From: Coleofasciculus sp. B1-GNL1-01
GTDB lineage: Bacteria; Cyanobacteriota; Cyanobacteriia; Cyanobacteriales; Coleofasciculaceae
Strand: one strand, 5' to 3'
DNA: 64,000 nucleotides
NCBI GenBank assembly: GCA_040220235.1
Contig: JAVJTO010000071.1
Positions 10,306-19,607 of this stretch are shown here, piece by piece. The stretch's first letter is position 1. Every line of letters begins with the position of its first letter. A program made the position numbers and the translations under genes. Under the pieces are notes generated by a model, which did no database searches, was not told the origin of the DNA, and worked only from the letters and a program-made list of their open reading frames with translations.

Positions 10306-12003
10306 ATGTCAGACAACCTGAGAAGCAAAGTCGTTACCCAAGGTGTACAACGATCGCCAAATCGTGCCATGCTTCGTGCTGTCGGTTTTAGCGATCGCGA
10401 TTTTACTAAGCCAATCGTTGGGTTAGCGAATGGGTATAGTACCATTACGCCCTGTAATATGGGCATCAATGATTTAGCGCTAAGGGCAGAAGCCGGACTT
10501 AAACAAGCGGGGGCGATGCCGCAAGTCTTTGGTACTATTACGATTAGCGATGGTATCTCTATGGGCACCGAGGGGATGAAATATTCCCTGGTGTCGCGGG
10601 AAGTGATTGCTGACTCCATCGAAACCGTCTGTAATGGTCAAAGTATGGATGGGGTGCTGGCAATTGGTGGCTGTGATAAAAATATGCCTGGGGCGATGAT
10701 TGCGATCGCGCGGCTGAATATTCCGGCTATTTTTGTCTATGGGGGAACGATTAAACCTGGACATCTGGATGGACAAGATTTAACCGTTGTCAGCGCCTTT
10801 GAAGCAGTGGGACAACATAGCGCGGGTAAGATTACAGAAGAACAACTGGTAGCTGTCGAACGAAACGCTTGTCCCGGTGCGGGTTCCTGTGGGGGAATGT
10901 TCACGGCTAACACTATGTCCTCGGCATTTGAAGCGATGGGGATGAGTTTACCCTATTCCTCGACGATGGCAGCAGAAGATGCCGAAAAAGCAGACAGTAC
11001 GGAAAAATCGGCGTTTGTTCTGGTTGATGCGATTCGGCAGCAGATTCTCCCCCAACAGATTTTAACCCGCCAAGCGTTTGAAAATGCCATTTCGGTAATT
11101 ATGGCAGTGGGAGGATCAACGAATGCGGTACTGCATTTACTGGCAATTGCGCGGGCGATCGGGGTAGAGTTATCCCTAGACGACTTTGAAACAATTCGCG
11201 CTAGAGTTCCGGTACTGTGTGATCTTAAACCCAGTGGTCGATATGTAACCACGAATTTACACCAGGTTGGCGGTATTCCCCAAGTGATGAAAATGCTGCT
11301 AGTCCATGATTTATTACATGGTGATGCATTAACGATTACCGGGAAAACCCTAGCTGAAGTCTTAGCTGATGTACCCGATGAACCCCCCTCAGATCAAGAT
11401 GTGATTCGTCCCTGGGATAATCCCATGTATAGCCAAGGACACCTGGCGATTTTAAAAGGAAATTTGGCAACCGAAGGTGCGGTGGCGAAGATTACAGGCG
11501 TGAAAACGCCCCAAATCACAGGTCCTGCGCGAGTCTTTGAATCCGAGGAAGCCTGTCTGGATGCAATTTTGGCGGGTAAGATTCAGGCTGGAGATGTAGT
11601 TGTGGTGCGCTATGAGGGACCCAAAGGCGGTCCGGGAATGCGGGAAATGTTAGCACCCACGTCAGCAATTATTGGTGCAGGATTAGGGGATTCGGTGGGA
11701 TTAATTACCGATGGTCGCTTTTCTGGTGGGACCTATGGTATGGTAGTTGGTCATGTTGCCCCAGAAGCCGCCGTTGGAGGTGCGATCGCGTTAGTCGAAG
11801 AAGGGGATTCGATTACGATTGATGCTCCGGCGCGATTATTACAGATCAATATATCTGATCAGGAACTACAACAACGCCGCGCCAAGTGGCAACCTCCCAA
11901 ACCCCGATATACCAAAGGGGTGCTGGCGAAGTATGCCAAATTAGTGTCTTCTAGCAGTATAGGTGCGGTGACAGATTTTGAGTCTGTGATCAATCAGATA
12001 TAG
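10306..12003 (+). CDS. ilvD: Dihydroxy-acid dehydratase
   Basis: [41 protein letters not shown] and TDGRFSGG motifs. Confidence 0.97.
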   Translation: MSDNLRSKVVTQGVQRSPNRAMLRAVGFSDRDFTKPIVGLANGYSTITPCNMGINDLALRAEAGLKQAGAMPQVFGTITISDGISMGTEGMKYSLVSREVIADSIETVCNGQSMDGVLAIGGCDKNMPGAMIAIARLNIPAIFVYGGTIKPGHLDGQDLTVVSAFEAVGQHSAGKITEEQLVAVERNACPGAGSCGGMFTANTMSSAFEAMGMSLPYSSTMAAEDAEKADSTEKSAFVLVDAIRQQILPQQILTRQAFENAISVIMAVGGSTNAVLHLLAIARAIGVELSLDDFETIRARVPVLCDLKPSGRYVTTNLHQVGGIPQVMKMLLVHDLLHGDALTITGKTLAEVLADVPDEPPSDQDVIRPWDNPMYSQGHLAILKGNLATEGAVAKITGVKTPQITGPARVFESEEACLDAILAGKIQAGDVVVVRYEGPKGGPGMREMLAPTSAIIGAGLGDSVGLITDGRFSGGTYGMVVGHVAPEAAVGGAIALVEEGDSITIDAPARLLQINISDQELQQRRAKWQPPKPRYTKGVLAKYAKLVSSSSIGAVTDFESVINQI

Positions 12004-12105
12004 CACTACACATTGAGGTTAGGACAATAAAATTGGGTGAAAAGGCAACAGGCAATAGGCAATAGGCAACAGAGAAATGTCCTAACGTATCCCCGTAGTG
12101 CTATA
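11999..12105. mobile_element. TA-flanked MITE with an internal ggcaata heptamer array; overlaps the ilvD stop codon
   Basis: TIRs tatagcactac..gttaggaca / tgtcctaac..gtagtgctata; related ends at ~16588-16614 and ~39127-39155. Confidence 0.7.
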
Positions 12106-12411
12106 ACGGATTGATGGGATGATCAGGGAGTTAAGAGGAATGGCACTGACTTAAGCTATTTTGGACCACCGAAACCCTTGATCTACCGTAGGGTGGGTTT
12201 CGACTTCGCTCAACCCACCAGCCTTAATTCAGTATCATTCGAGTTAAGAGAGCAGAAGGTATCGAAATTCATCCCTTCTGCCCTCTACCCTCTGCCCTGA
12301 AGCCTTTCTGCGGTGAATTTTTCTTTTTTGCACATAATTGTTAAAATATGAAACAATTGTAATATTTTGTAGCGATTTTGGGATTAGAAGCCCATTAAGC
12401 AGTAATAGATT

Positions 12412-12585
12412 ATGGCAGATAGAACAACAACCAAAAATAAAAGCACTCAAGCTGAAACACAACAAGCGCTAGCGAGACGAAATCAAAGTACAACCGCGCT
12501 GGATGTTCAGCCTTTACCGAATAATCGTCCGATTGCGTCTAATGCGACTGAATCGAGCGATGAACTCATGGGCTATTTGGACTAA
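12412..12585 (+). CDS. Small hypothetical protein, 57 aa (not in the ORF track)
   Basis: ATG..TAA reading MADRTTTKNKSTQAETQQALARRNQSTTALDVQPLPNNRPIASNATESSDELMGYLD. The LPxNRPI..LMGYLD ending resembles a cyanobacterial hypothetical family (from memory). Confidence 0.65.
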   Translation: MADRTTTKNKSTQAETQQALARRNQSTTALDVQPLPNNRPIASNATESSDELMGYLD

Positions 12586-12677
12586 TTCACTATTGGCTAG
12601 ACAGACAGATCCCCGACTTCTTCAAGAAGTCGGGGATCTTGCTTAGAGACTGTACCTCATCAACCTGAAATCTGCTG

Positions 12678-12800
12678 TAAGTTATGTTAACAAGCCTCAA
12701 ACCCTTACATAAACGAATGACGTAGCTTGCTTCTCGCGATAGCGAGTTCCCCACCGTTAACTTTAATTGTCCCCACCTACTTATTGTGTCCACCTACTTA
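12678..12800. mobile_element. MITE (taagtaggt-ended family), left-truncated, with a duplicated right end
   Basis: Shares aagttatgt.aacaagcctcaaacccttac and aactttaattgt..ccacctactta with 18460-18590; a related end lies at ~55806. Confidence 0.7.
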
Positions 12801-14897
12801 AATATTAATGCTTTGGGGAATTTTTGAGGGTAGCAAATATCGGTAAGACACAAGCCTTTGACTATCTTCTTTGAGAATCGTCTCCTCGATTTCTGTTAGC
12901 TTTAGCTTGAACTTGTCCCAAGCTTTTTTTACCTGTGTATTCTGAAAATGTGAGCCAGAATAATCGCCTAGTTTTGTATAGTAAACTGAGCCAAGCAAAT
13001 AAAGGACTTGTATTTGCAGTTCAGCTCGTTCTAACGGCGGTAGTAACTCCATAAAATCTTGATCCTGTTGGGAGTTTGTCGGTGCTGGGGAATAGCAACC
13101 TAAAGGAAATGCTGGTGCATAGCTCATCAAGCCACTTTGGGGAAAATTAACCGCCGCATGTTGAACACTAGCTGTAAAGATAATGGTAGAGATAGCCTGG
13201 ACTAGATAATCTAGGGTTGTAATTCGACCATCACCTTCTTCTCCAATATTACAGTGTCCTTTAGAACTCAACTCACCCGCCCAATTTTGTAGTTGTAAAT
13301 CTGTCTCTACAGACATATCACTAGAGTAGAACAGTTCTAAATAGTCCTGCACCCACTGATTAATCGCATCCCAAATCCGTTGCCCATCATCTCGGTAAGG
13401 ATAAATGGGTAGCTGTTTGGAATTATTAACACCGCGTTTTTCTAACGTTCGAGGGAAAGCCGCTTCATTAAAATTAGCTAAGTGGCTTTGGGCTTCTTTG
13501 ATAGCTAGCTGAGTGTTACTGCCAATCGTGGCACTTAATAGGGAGTCTACAGCACCTTTTGGAGCTAATAAGCGGTTATGGGCGCCATAATTAATTAATA
13601 TCGTACCTTCCAGATGAGGTTTCAATAAACGTCTTACCTGATGATTTTGATCAGTAAAACAGCGATTAGTGGCAAGAACAAACGGCTCAATAAATAAGTG
13701 GGTCTGAGCTAAGTGAGAAATCAGTTCATGATAATTACTGTCTGCCATTTGTAAGACGGTTTTAGCTGCCATCCAGCTATCTCCATCTAGAGGTGTAAAA
13801 ATATCCCCTACTGCCTGTTGACAACGAATGGCTATCGATAGTAAATTCTGATCGGGATGCTTATCGGGTGGTACGGCAAATAATGCTACAGGATCGTAAC
13901 TATACTTTTGAATTCCGCCAAAACTACCATTCGTTAGAGTGCCTAGCTTAGAATAGTCTGATAAATAAAGTCGTCCTTCTTGTAGTGCTGCCTCTAGAGA
14001 ATCCTGGGGTACGATCGTTTGGTATTGTTCGTTGGTAATTGGCAGGCGGGAATCGAATTTTTCGATTTTTTTGAGCATAACTGGGTTGGAACCAGCTACT
14101 TGCATATAAGCAAAAACTTTATCTTGTTGAAAGTTATTTAATGTTGCTGGCTTGATTTTTAACGGATCAATTAATTTTTCGTAATCCTTTAGAGTAGGAT
14201 TAGGCTCAGCCGTTTCAAACAGCGTTGTAAATTCTGGTTCATTGTCAATTAATTCCCGCCCTAAAATCCTAGTAATCTCCCGAAGATTCCGATATAATCC
14301 TTCGTCAGCTTGTTCAACGTCATCAGCTTTTAAGGAAATGGCAGAGTCTTGCGGTAAATTTTGGTTTAGCGAAGCCTGTATTTCTCGGTCAATTTCATCA
14401 AATCTCTCTTGGGATTGACTGAGATTGGTTTCAAATTGGAGAATAGTTTCAGTCTGTGGAAATAGTTCGGGTTGTTCGTCAGTATCAGCTAATCCTAAGG
14501 CTGATTTCAAATTCAACACAGCCTCCGTCAAATCTACTTGTTCCTTGGCGGCTTCGATTTGTTTATAAATTGACTCTAATAAATTAATTTTCTTTTCTTT
14601 TTGCTCAAAAATAGATAGATTGAGAGAATCAGTCGGCTTTTTAGCTTTAGCCAAAAGACTGAGTTGAGTTAGCACTAAACTCACCCATTTTTCACTAGGC
14701 AGTTCATCTTTTGTCGGTAAAGCCGGTAGTTGTGGTATTGGGCTAGGCGGCACCTCTGTCATCGCCAGAGGAGCTAGAACCTCATAGTCATATTCATATT
14801 TATTAGATAAAATTAACCAACTCGAAAGGCGATTATCCGCCAAAATAGTTATAAAGCGATAGAGTTCTTCAAGAGTTTCTTGAATCAGCGGTGACAT
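12798..14897 (-). CDS. lox: Lipoxygenase
   Basis: Iron-ligand motifs HELISHLAQTH and QHAAVNF; C-terminal IPQSINI; also FAYMQVAGSNP, W..AK and YPYRDDG; AGGAG RBS. Confidence 0.95.
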   Translation of the reverse strand: MSPLIQETLEELYRFITILADNRLSSWLILSNKYEYDYEVLAPLAMTEVPPSPIPQLPALPTKDELPSEKWVSLVLTQLSLLAKAKKPTDSLNLSIFEQKEKKINLLESIYKQIEAAKEQVDLTEAVLNLKSALGLADTDEQPELFPQTETILQFETNLSQSQERFDEIDREIQASLNQNLPQDSAISLKADDVEQADEGLYRNLREITRILGRELIDNEPEFTTLFETAEPNPTLKDYEKLIDPLKIKPATLNNFQQDKVFAYMQVAGSNPVMLKKIEKFDSRLPITNEQYQTIVPQDSLEAALQEGRLYLSDYSKLGTLTNGSFGGIQKYSYDPVALFAVPPDKHPDQNLLSIAIRCQQAVGDIFTPLDGDSWMAAKTVLQMADSNYHELISHLAQTHLFIEPFVLATNRCFTDQNHQVRRLLKPHLEGTILINYGAHNRLLAPKGAVDSLLSATIGSNTQLAIKEAQSHLANFNEAAFPRTLEKRGVNNSKQLPIYPYRDDGQRIWDAINQWVQDYLELFYSSDMSVETDLQLQNWAGELSSKGHCNIGEEGDGRITTLDYLVQAISTIIFTASVQHAAVNFPQSGLMSYAPAFPLGCYSPAPTNSQQDQDFMELLPPLERAELQIQVLYLLGSVYYTKLGDYSGSHFQNTQVKKAWDKFKLKLTEIEETILKEDSQRLVSYRYLLPSKIPQSINI

Positions 14898-14964
14898 CTA
14901 TTTCTCCTTGATTGCTGGGGTGTTGTTAAAAATTTGTTGGCTCAATTCTTGTCATCTGCCTATT

Positions 14965-16495
14965 GTGACATCCTCCTACACCGAATCAAAGATTACGGTG
15001 TAGGCTTCCTTTGTCGTAGCTTTTTACGACTACGCTTCCGGCGTTTTATAGTTGGGAATATGCCCAGCCCAACTCTCTTGATGTTAATCGCGGCGTTCCA
15101 GTCCCGATCCAAAATCAATCCGCATAAGCACTCATGCATTCGGACTGATAAATCTTTCTTGACCAAGCGATTACAACAAGAGCATACCTGGCTTGTTTCA
15201 TGAGGTTTAACCTTCACCACCGCTTTACCAGCTTTCGCAGCTTTGTAAGCGAGAATTGATAGAAATTGACCCCAGCCAGCATCATTGATTGATTTGTTTA
15301 AACCTGATTTAGCACTTTGTCCATTAGGTAAATATTTTCCTTTTTCATCCTGTTTAGGCTTGTTTTTTCGGGACAAGTTTCCCGGCTTGATGTCCTCCAC
15401 AAAGAATACTTTCTCATCCCGACCCACCAGCTTTGCCGCCGATTCATAATGGAATTGCTTCCGCTTGCGCTGTAGCCTCTGATGGTGCTTTGATATCTTT
15501 TTTGCTAGTTTCCGCTCCCGAGCTGATTTGTGAGGCTTTTTATCCTTGCGGTTAGCCAAAGAAGCCAACTTTAGCTCAGACTTGCGATAATGCTGCTGAA
15601 TTGGCTCAATCTCCCCGTCCGAGGCTGTCCAGAATTTCTCCAAACCAACGTCCAAACCCAGAGAGTTTTCTTGTGTTGCTTCTATCTCTGGTGATTTCAG
15701 ACTAGGGACAGACTTATCCTCTAGAGTTAAGGTTATATACCATCCGTCAGCACGACGTGACACCAGTGCCGCCTTAATCGTAAACCCTTCCGGGATTGGA
15801 CGGTGGTAGATGAGTTTCACCTGACCTACCTTGGGTAGGTTGATATAGGCAATGTCGCGCCGTGTACCGCCGTTTTTGCGACAATGCGGGTTAGGAGTAA
15901 CGGTGAGGCAACCTGGTTTCAACTGAGGAATAGAAAATGTCCGATATCGCCGCACCGACTTAAACCGAGGTTTTCCGCTTCGCTTCCCATTTAGATCACC
16001 TTTAATAAACCGATTAAACGTATCTTCTACTCGCTTAATCGCTTCCTGAATTACCTGCGAATGAACTCCCTCGTATAGGTACTTACAAGTTTCTCTTGAC
16101 CAATGAGTAGCTCGTTTCTGGGAATAATAAGTTGGTTGGTCTTTAAGTTCTGGCAAATGAGTGATAAAAATCGGGCAAGCATTGACTGGGTGGCGGTTAC
16201 GCTCCCACCAGTTAAACCGTTCCTCTAGCATCAGATTGTGTATCCGATAAAGTTTATGCAGCCATTCATTTAGCTGATAAGCTTGTTGATTATTTGGCAC
16301 AATTCGATACTGGTAATTTAGTTTAAACGTGTCTTTACTTCGCTTCAACTTTTATCACCTCCTTAAGCTTAATTATAACACTTATAAACCAAAAAATTAG
16401 ATACAAGCAAACTTCTAACACTAGCGATTCATCCCACGCTCACCCTGAGCGGAGTCGAAGGGTAGAGCGCGGGGCTTCTCGCCGAATTAGCTAAC
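14965..16495 (-). mobile_element. IS200/IS605-family (IS1341-type, tnpB only) element
   Basis: Right end is hairpin cctacaccg..cggtgtagg followed by ggatgTCAC (minus strand), ending at 14965. Left-end hairpin gagaagccccgcgc..gcgtgggatgaatcgc at 16424-16482. No tnpA. The left boundary is approximate. Confidence 0.85.
14993..16348 (-). CDS. tnpB: RNA-guided endonuclease TnpB
   Basis: RuvC residues LGLDVG, FFVED and DRDWNAA intact; Zn finger TSQVCSCC..CLCG; TTG start with AAGGAGGT RBS. Confidence 0.95.
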   Translation of the reverse strand: MKRSKDTFKLNYQYRIVPNNQQAYQLNEWLHKLYRIHNLMLEERFNWWERNRHPVNACPIFITHLPELKDQPTYYSQKRATHWSRETCKYLYEGVHSQVIQEAIKRVEDTFNRFIKGDLNGKRSGKPRFKSVRRYRTFSIPQLKPGCLTVTPNPHCRKNGGTRRDIAYINLPKVGQVKLIYHRPIPEGFTIKAALVSRRADGWYITLTLEDKSVPSLKSPEIEATQENSLGLDVGLEKFWTASDGEIEPIQQHYRKSELKLASLANRKDKKPHKSARERKLAKKISKHHQRLQRKRKQFHYESAAKLVGRDEKVFFVEDIKPGNLSRKNKPKQDEKGKYLPNGQSAKSGLNKSINDAGWGQFLSILAYKAAKAGKAVVKVKPHETSQVCSCCNRLVKKDLSVRMHECLCGLILDRDWNAAINIKRVGLGIFPTIKRRKRSRKKLRQRKPTP

Positions 16496-16618
16496 CCAAG
16501 TTGCTGATTAGCCGTGCGCTGTTTGTTTACAAAACTTAGCATCATTTGGTAAAGACGCACCATGGCGCGTCTCTACAATAGTTCGCTTGTCCTAATCGAT
16601 GTGTCTACTGCTATAAAC

Positions 16619-18235
16619 TCAACGAGAACCCGCACCACCTGATAGAAAACTGACGAGCTTTTTCAGTGCAGGAAAACTTTCTTTAGTGCCTTGACTGGAA
16701 AAGCCAATAATTTTGGAGAACTCCTTCTCAGATAATTCACCCGACTGATACTGTGCAAACGCATCAACAACCCGAATTAAATCGTCTACAGAAAACTCAA
16801 AACCTTGTTTCCTAGCAAAGTCTACCACCACTGGAGCATTATTCGTGAGGGCTTGCGCTTCTGCGGCGTCGAGTTCTGAATAACTACTAATGTCTCCATC
16901 GCCAACACCGAGTAATGTTCCCAGTTGTTGTTGGAGTTGTTTATCTTCGGCGGTTTTCTGCATAAACTGTAACACTTTTGGAACAGTCGTTGCTGGTTTT
17001 TCCACGGGAACCAATTGTCCATTAATTTTTTGGTAACGAGTTCCGCGATAGACAAACTCTAGAGTTTGTTTAATTGAGGGTAAACTTGCTGGTATCCCTT
17101 GATCAGACAATCCCAGAATTTTAGCTAACTCTTGATCGGATAGTTCATTGGATTTATATCGCACAAAGGCATCAACAACCGTTGTGAGTTGTTCAACGGA
17201 AAAGTCAAACCCATGTTGAGCCGCAAACTTCACCACTAACGGGGCGCGATCGCCAATTAAAGCGGCGGCTTCTTGCTGATCCAATTCGGAATAGCTACTT
17301 ATGTCGCCGTCACCGACTCCCAATAATGCTCCTAATTTTTGTTTAACTTCGGGATCGGAAGCCGTTTTCTGCATAAATTGCAGGACATTGGGTGTAGTAT
17401 CGACTGATTCATGTACGGGGACTAGCTTGCCATTAATGCGTTTATAACGAGTCCCCCGATATACATAGTCTAATGTTTTGGTAATTGAGGAGATACTTTC
17501 TTTTGTCCCTTTGTCGAGGTTAGATACACAAATAATCTTTGAGAAATCGTTAGCCGATATTTCGCCTGATTGATACTGTTGAAATGCATCTACCGTTGTT
17601 CTTAAGTCTTCAACGGAAAAGTTAAACCCTTGTTGGGCGGCAAACTTGACAACTAAGGGGGCGCGATCGCCTGTTAAAGCTTCGGCTTCTTGGACATCGA
17701 GTTCCATTTGACTACTGATATCCCCATCACCAACGCCCAACAGGGTGGCTAATTGTTGTTTTAAGCCCTGATCTTCTGATGTCTTTTGCATAAATTGCAG
17801 CACGCTGGGCGTAGAATTAGTGGGTTGGATCACCGGGACGAGTTTCCCATTAATTCGTTGATAGCGAGTTCCCCGATAGACAAATTCTAATGTCTTTTTA
17901 ATCGAGGGAATACTCTCTTTTGTGCCTTGATCGAGGTTGGATAATCCAATGCGTTGCGAGAACTCTGCTTCAGACAGTTCTCCTAACTGATATCGCCCAA
18001 ACGCATCAACAACGGTTCTTAAATCGTCAACAGAAAAATTAAACCCCTGCTGGGAGGCTAACTTGACGACTAAGGGGGCGCGATCGCCCGTCAAGGCTTC
18101 GGCTTCTGCGGGGTCCAGTTCAAACTGACTACTGATATCGCCATCGCCAACCCCTAGCACTTCCCCTAGGTGTTGCTGTAGCTGTTCATCTTCTGCGGTT
18201 CTCCGCATAAATTGCAAGGCTTTTGTCGTTGTCAT
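16619..18235 (-). CDS. Protein with four tandem ~138-aa Nif11-like repeats (538 aa)
   Basis: Four copies of LQFMxKTxxDxxLxQxL..GVGDGDISS..ELD..VVxFAxxxGFxFSVxDL..ELSxxE. The first three end in VYRGTRY. Likely start is the ATG of MTTTK at 18235. Confidence 0.85.
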   Translation of the reverse strand: MTTTKALQFMRRTAEDEQLQQHLGEVLGVGDGDISSQFELDPAEAEALTGDRAPLVVKLASQQGFNFSVDDLRTVVDAFGRYQLGELSEAEFSQRIGLSNLDQGTKESIPSIKKTLEFVYRGTRYQRINGKLVPVIQPTNSTPSVLQFMQKTSEDQGLKQQLATLLGVGDGDISSQMELDVQEAEALTGDRAPLVVKFAAQQGFNFSVEDLRTTVDAFQQYQSGEISANDFSKIICVSNLDKGTKESISSITKTLDYVYRGTRYKRINGKLVPVHESVDTTPNVLQFMQKTASDPEVKQKLGALLGVGDGDISSYSELDQQEAAALIGDRAPLVVKFAAQHGFDFSVEQLTTVVDAFVRYKSNELSDQELAKILGLSDQGIPASLPSIKQTLEFVYRGTRYQKINGQLVPVEKPATTVPKVLQFMQKTAEDKQLQQQLGTLLGVGDGDISSYSELDAAEAQALTNNAPVVVDFARKQGFEFSVDDLIRVVDAFAQYQSGELSEKEFSKIIGFSSQGTKESFPALKKLVSFLSGGAGSR

Positions 18236-18459
18236 CTCACTGCTCGATTTCGCAATTCTTAGTAAAGGGAAAATTGTACCTGAATTACATCCCCATTCAA
18301 TGGCTTTTAACAACTCTTAAACCTGATTGTTTAAGGTTTTGTTATTTTTTTATAGAATGTTCGCGATGAACAGTTTCTCCGCCACCCGTTCAGCCGATTT
18401 CAGCGCCGACTCCATCCCCGGAAATGCGATCGCGTTTTTGCCCTTTGATCATGTTGCTA

Positions 18460-18590
18460 TAAGTAGGTTGGTGGAAATAAATTTAACTAGATTAAGTTAT
18501 GTAAACAAGCCTCAAACCCTTACTGTTCCCTGTTCCCTGTTCCCTGTTCCCTAATCTCCACCGCTAACTTTAATTGTGTCCACCTACTTA
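18460..18590. mobile_element. TA-flanked MITE with an internal ttccctg array
   Basis: TIRs taagtaggt..taaa / tttaattgtgtccacctactta; same family as 12678-12800. Confidence 0.75.
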
Positions 18591-18601
18591 TTTAATGACT
18601 A

Positions 18602-19210
18602 ATGATGAAACTATACGATTTTTTACCGTCTGGAAACTGCTATAAGGTACGTTTGTTACTGACTCAACTTGGGATTTCGTTTGAGCGGGTAAACGTGAAT
18701 ATATTACAAGGAGAAAGCCGAATTCCTGAATTTATGCCCAAAAATCTCAATGGACGAGTTCCTGTGTTAGAAGTTGAACCGGGTAAATTTCTGGCAGAAT
18801 CCAATGCCATTTTATGTTATCTGAGCCACGGAACACCATTTCTACCTGATGATCCTTGGCAACGAGCAAAGGTACTCCAATGGTTATTTTTTGAACAATA
18901 TAGCCACGAACCCTATATCGCCACATCCAGATATTGGATCTCGATACTGGGAAAAGCAGATGAGTATCGGGAGGCTCTTGTGCAAAAACGCCAACCAGGT
19001 TATGCTGCGCTAACCGTGATGGACACTCACTTACAACAGCATAGATTTTTTGTGGGCGATCGCTATACCATAGCGGATATTGGCTTGTTTGCTTACACTC
19101 ATGTTGCGGATGAAGGCGGCTTTGATTTAAGCAAATTTCCCGCCATCCTGAGTTGGTTAGAACGGGTTACGCTTCAACCGGGACATATTCCCATCACCCC
19201 AAATAAGTAA
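18602..19210 (+). CDS. Glutathione S-transferase family protein
   Basis: SGNCYKVRL, GRVPVL..ESNAIL, WLFFEQYSHEP and TIADI motifs. Confidence 0.93.
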   Translation: MMKLYDFLPSGNCYKVRLLLTQLGISFERVNVNILQGESRIPEFMPKNLNGRVPVLEVEPGKFLAESNAILCYLSHGTPFLPDDPWQRAKVLQWLFFEQYSHEPYIATSRYWISILGKADEYREALVQKRQPGYAALTVMDTHLQQHRFFVGDRYTIADIGLFAYTHVADEGGFDLSKFPAILSWLERVTLQPGHIPITPNK

Positions 19211-19607
19211 CCCATGTAACAATCAAGTTCGTAGTTGCGCTGTCTTCGCTATAATTCGAGCTAAAAACTCTGCAATACCCTGATCTGACCCCACCCTAAC
19301 CCTCCCCTTATCAAGGGGAGGGAACTCGAAAAGCTTTGGTTAGGTTGGTTCCTAATCTTGAAATTAATACTATGATTAAGATTGATCTGTCGAGAAAATA
19401 AATCAGGTCAGCGCATCTACTTGCAAATAAGTCACGACTCAAGTTGGTCAAGTTGCTGTGAATGCCGCCAAAGCATCCGATCTATTAACCCTCGTTGAAG
19501 CTCTCTACTCAGCCTTTCAATTGTTTGTAGAGAATTAAATGGGCATTGGCTGTACAAACTCCGCAACGAGACGACTAAGGGTTAGCCAAACATAAAGGTA
19601 AATTCAG

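Noticed and set aside
10089..10619. 176-aa ORF antisense to ilvD
   Set aside because: It is a shadow of ilvD plus heptamer repeats (FVICHLS, REQGTG).
14993..16348. TnpB as a nuclease-dead regulator (TldR) or a Cas12 effector
   Set aside because: All three RuvC acidic residues are intact, both IS ends are present and there is no CRISPR array.
16619..18235. Classical Nif11 RiPP (lanthipeptide-type) precursor cluster
   Set aside because: No Cys/Ser/Thr-rich cores after GG, and no LanM, radical SAM, YcaO or peptidase transporter in the window.
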